From Pseudodesulfovibrio mercurii (GTDB taxonomy: Bacteria > Desulfobacterota > Desulfovibrionia > Desulfovibrionales > Desulfovibrionaceae), in assembly GCF_000189295.2 (NCBI RefSeq), contig NC_016803.1, forward strand, positions 1,560,001 to 1,592,000: a DNA stretch of 32,000 nt, read 5' to 3'. The notes beneath the pieces were generated by a model. The model worked only from the letters and a program-made list of their open reading frames with translations. It did no database searches and was not told where the DNA came from. Shown here piece by piece: positions 31,486-32,000 of this stretch; positions within the stretch are counted from its first letter, which is position 1; every line of letters starts with the position of its first letter. The position numbers were made by a program, and so were the translations under genes.

Positions 31486-32000
31486 TCCGGCCCGTCGCCC
31501 GCCCGGAATCCGCCGCTCCCTCGGGCTGGAAGGCGGAGCTCGGCTTCGACTTCGCCCGGTCGGGCGGGCGGACCGTCCCGGCCCGCCGCCGCCATCGCGG
31601 GCCCCTGGCCATGCAGCGCCCCTTCTACCCGGAGCGCGACGTCTGCCACGTCTACGCCCTGCACCCGCCAGGCGGCGTGGTCGGCGGGGACCGGCTGCTG
31701 TTCGACGTGCGGGCCGAAAGCGGCGCGCACGGCCTGGTGACCACGCCCTCGGCGGGCAAGTTCTACCGCACGGCCGGTCCGGCGGCCGTCCAGGAACAGC
31801 GGCTGGCCGTGGCCCCCGGCGGGGCCCTGGACTGGCTGCCCCTCGAGACCATCGTCTACCCCGGTGCCGACGCCCGGCTCTCTACCAGGGTGGACCTGGC
31901 GGGCGACGCCGCCTTTTTCGGCTGGGAGGTGATCTGCCTCGGCCTGCCCGCGTCGAACGCCCCCTTCGACCGGGGGTTTTTCGTCCAGACCCTGGAGATA
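31482..32000 (+). CDS. ureD: Urease accessory protein UreD/UreH, N-terminal part; continues past the right edge
   Basis: Absent from the ORF track because it has no stop in the window. The frame is open from the TTG at 31482 (TTGA overlap with the LysR stop, GGGGAGGG 8 nt upstream) to 32000. Translation ...GWKAELGFDFARSGGRTV...GPLAMQRPFYPERDVCHVYALHPPGGVVGGD...PSAGKFYR...LDWLPLETIVYPGADARL matches remembered Klebsiella UreD blocks (QRPFYPE, HPPGG.VGGD, KFYRS, WLPQ). The exact start is uncertain. Confidence 0.8.
   Translation, partial: MIRPVARPESAAPSGWKAELGFDFARSGGRTVPARRRHRGPLAMQRPFYPERDVCHVYALHPPGGVVGGDRLLFDVRAESGAHGLVTTPSAGKFYRTAGPAAVQEQRLAVAPGGALDWLPLETIVYPGADARLSTRVDLAGDAAFFGWEVICLGLPASNAPFDRGFFVQTLEI

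Overview
GC-rich (about two-thirds G+C by eye) chromosomal segment from a Gram-negative bacterium, shown by a TonB-dependent receptor and an ExbB/ExbD/TonB system. The gene style resembles high-GC Desulfovibrionales-type genomes, but I cannot verify taxonomy. I support about 34 protein-coding genes. I saw no rRNA, tRNA, CRISPR array, transposase or integrase. The supplied track contains many long Arg/Pro/Gly/Ala-rich shadow ORFs antisense to or out of frame with real genes. I discarded those and trimmed several N-terminal over-extensions using RBS position and stop/start overlaps.

Layout:
- (A) 1-1406, minus strand: partial universal stress protein and a protein-kinase-like gene.
- (B) 1548-8631, minus strand: ethanolamine ammonia-lyase eutBC, then a Pot-type ABC importer (binding protein, ATPase, two permeases) and a glycerophosphodiester phosphodiesterase.
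- (C) 8905-12582, minus strand: GFA-family protein, M20 amidohydrolase, a monocistronic 98-aa histidine-rich protein with a HypB-like MCxxCGC N-terminus, and an orphan GltD/NfnB-like oxidoreductase.
- (D) 13225-23804, plus strand: eleven tightly coupled genes. These are a TonB-dependent receptor, a fused double ABC ATPase, an EcfT/CbiQ-like T component, a putative S component, a TiaS-kinase-domain-like soluble protein and a six-gene TonB2-type energiser (DUF3450/TtpB-like, TtpC-like, ExbB, ExbD, TonB, TPR protein).
- (E) 23973-24812: YkgJ-type Cys-cluster protein.
- (F) 25324-32000, plus strand: creatinase, DMT/EamA transporter, polar-amino-acid-type ABC importer, LysR regulator and the start of a urease accessory gene (ureD) running off the window.

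The best candidate for an undescribed system is block D. It is a receptor plus ECF-type importer with no periplasmic binding protein, carrying an embedded TiaS-like enzyme and its own TonB2 machinery. All homology statements rest on motif recognition and remembered reference sequences, not on database searches.
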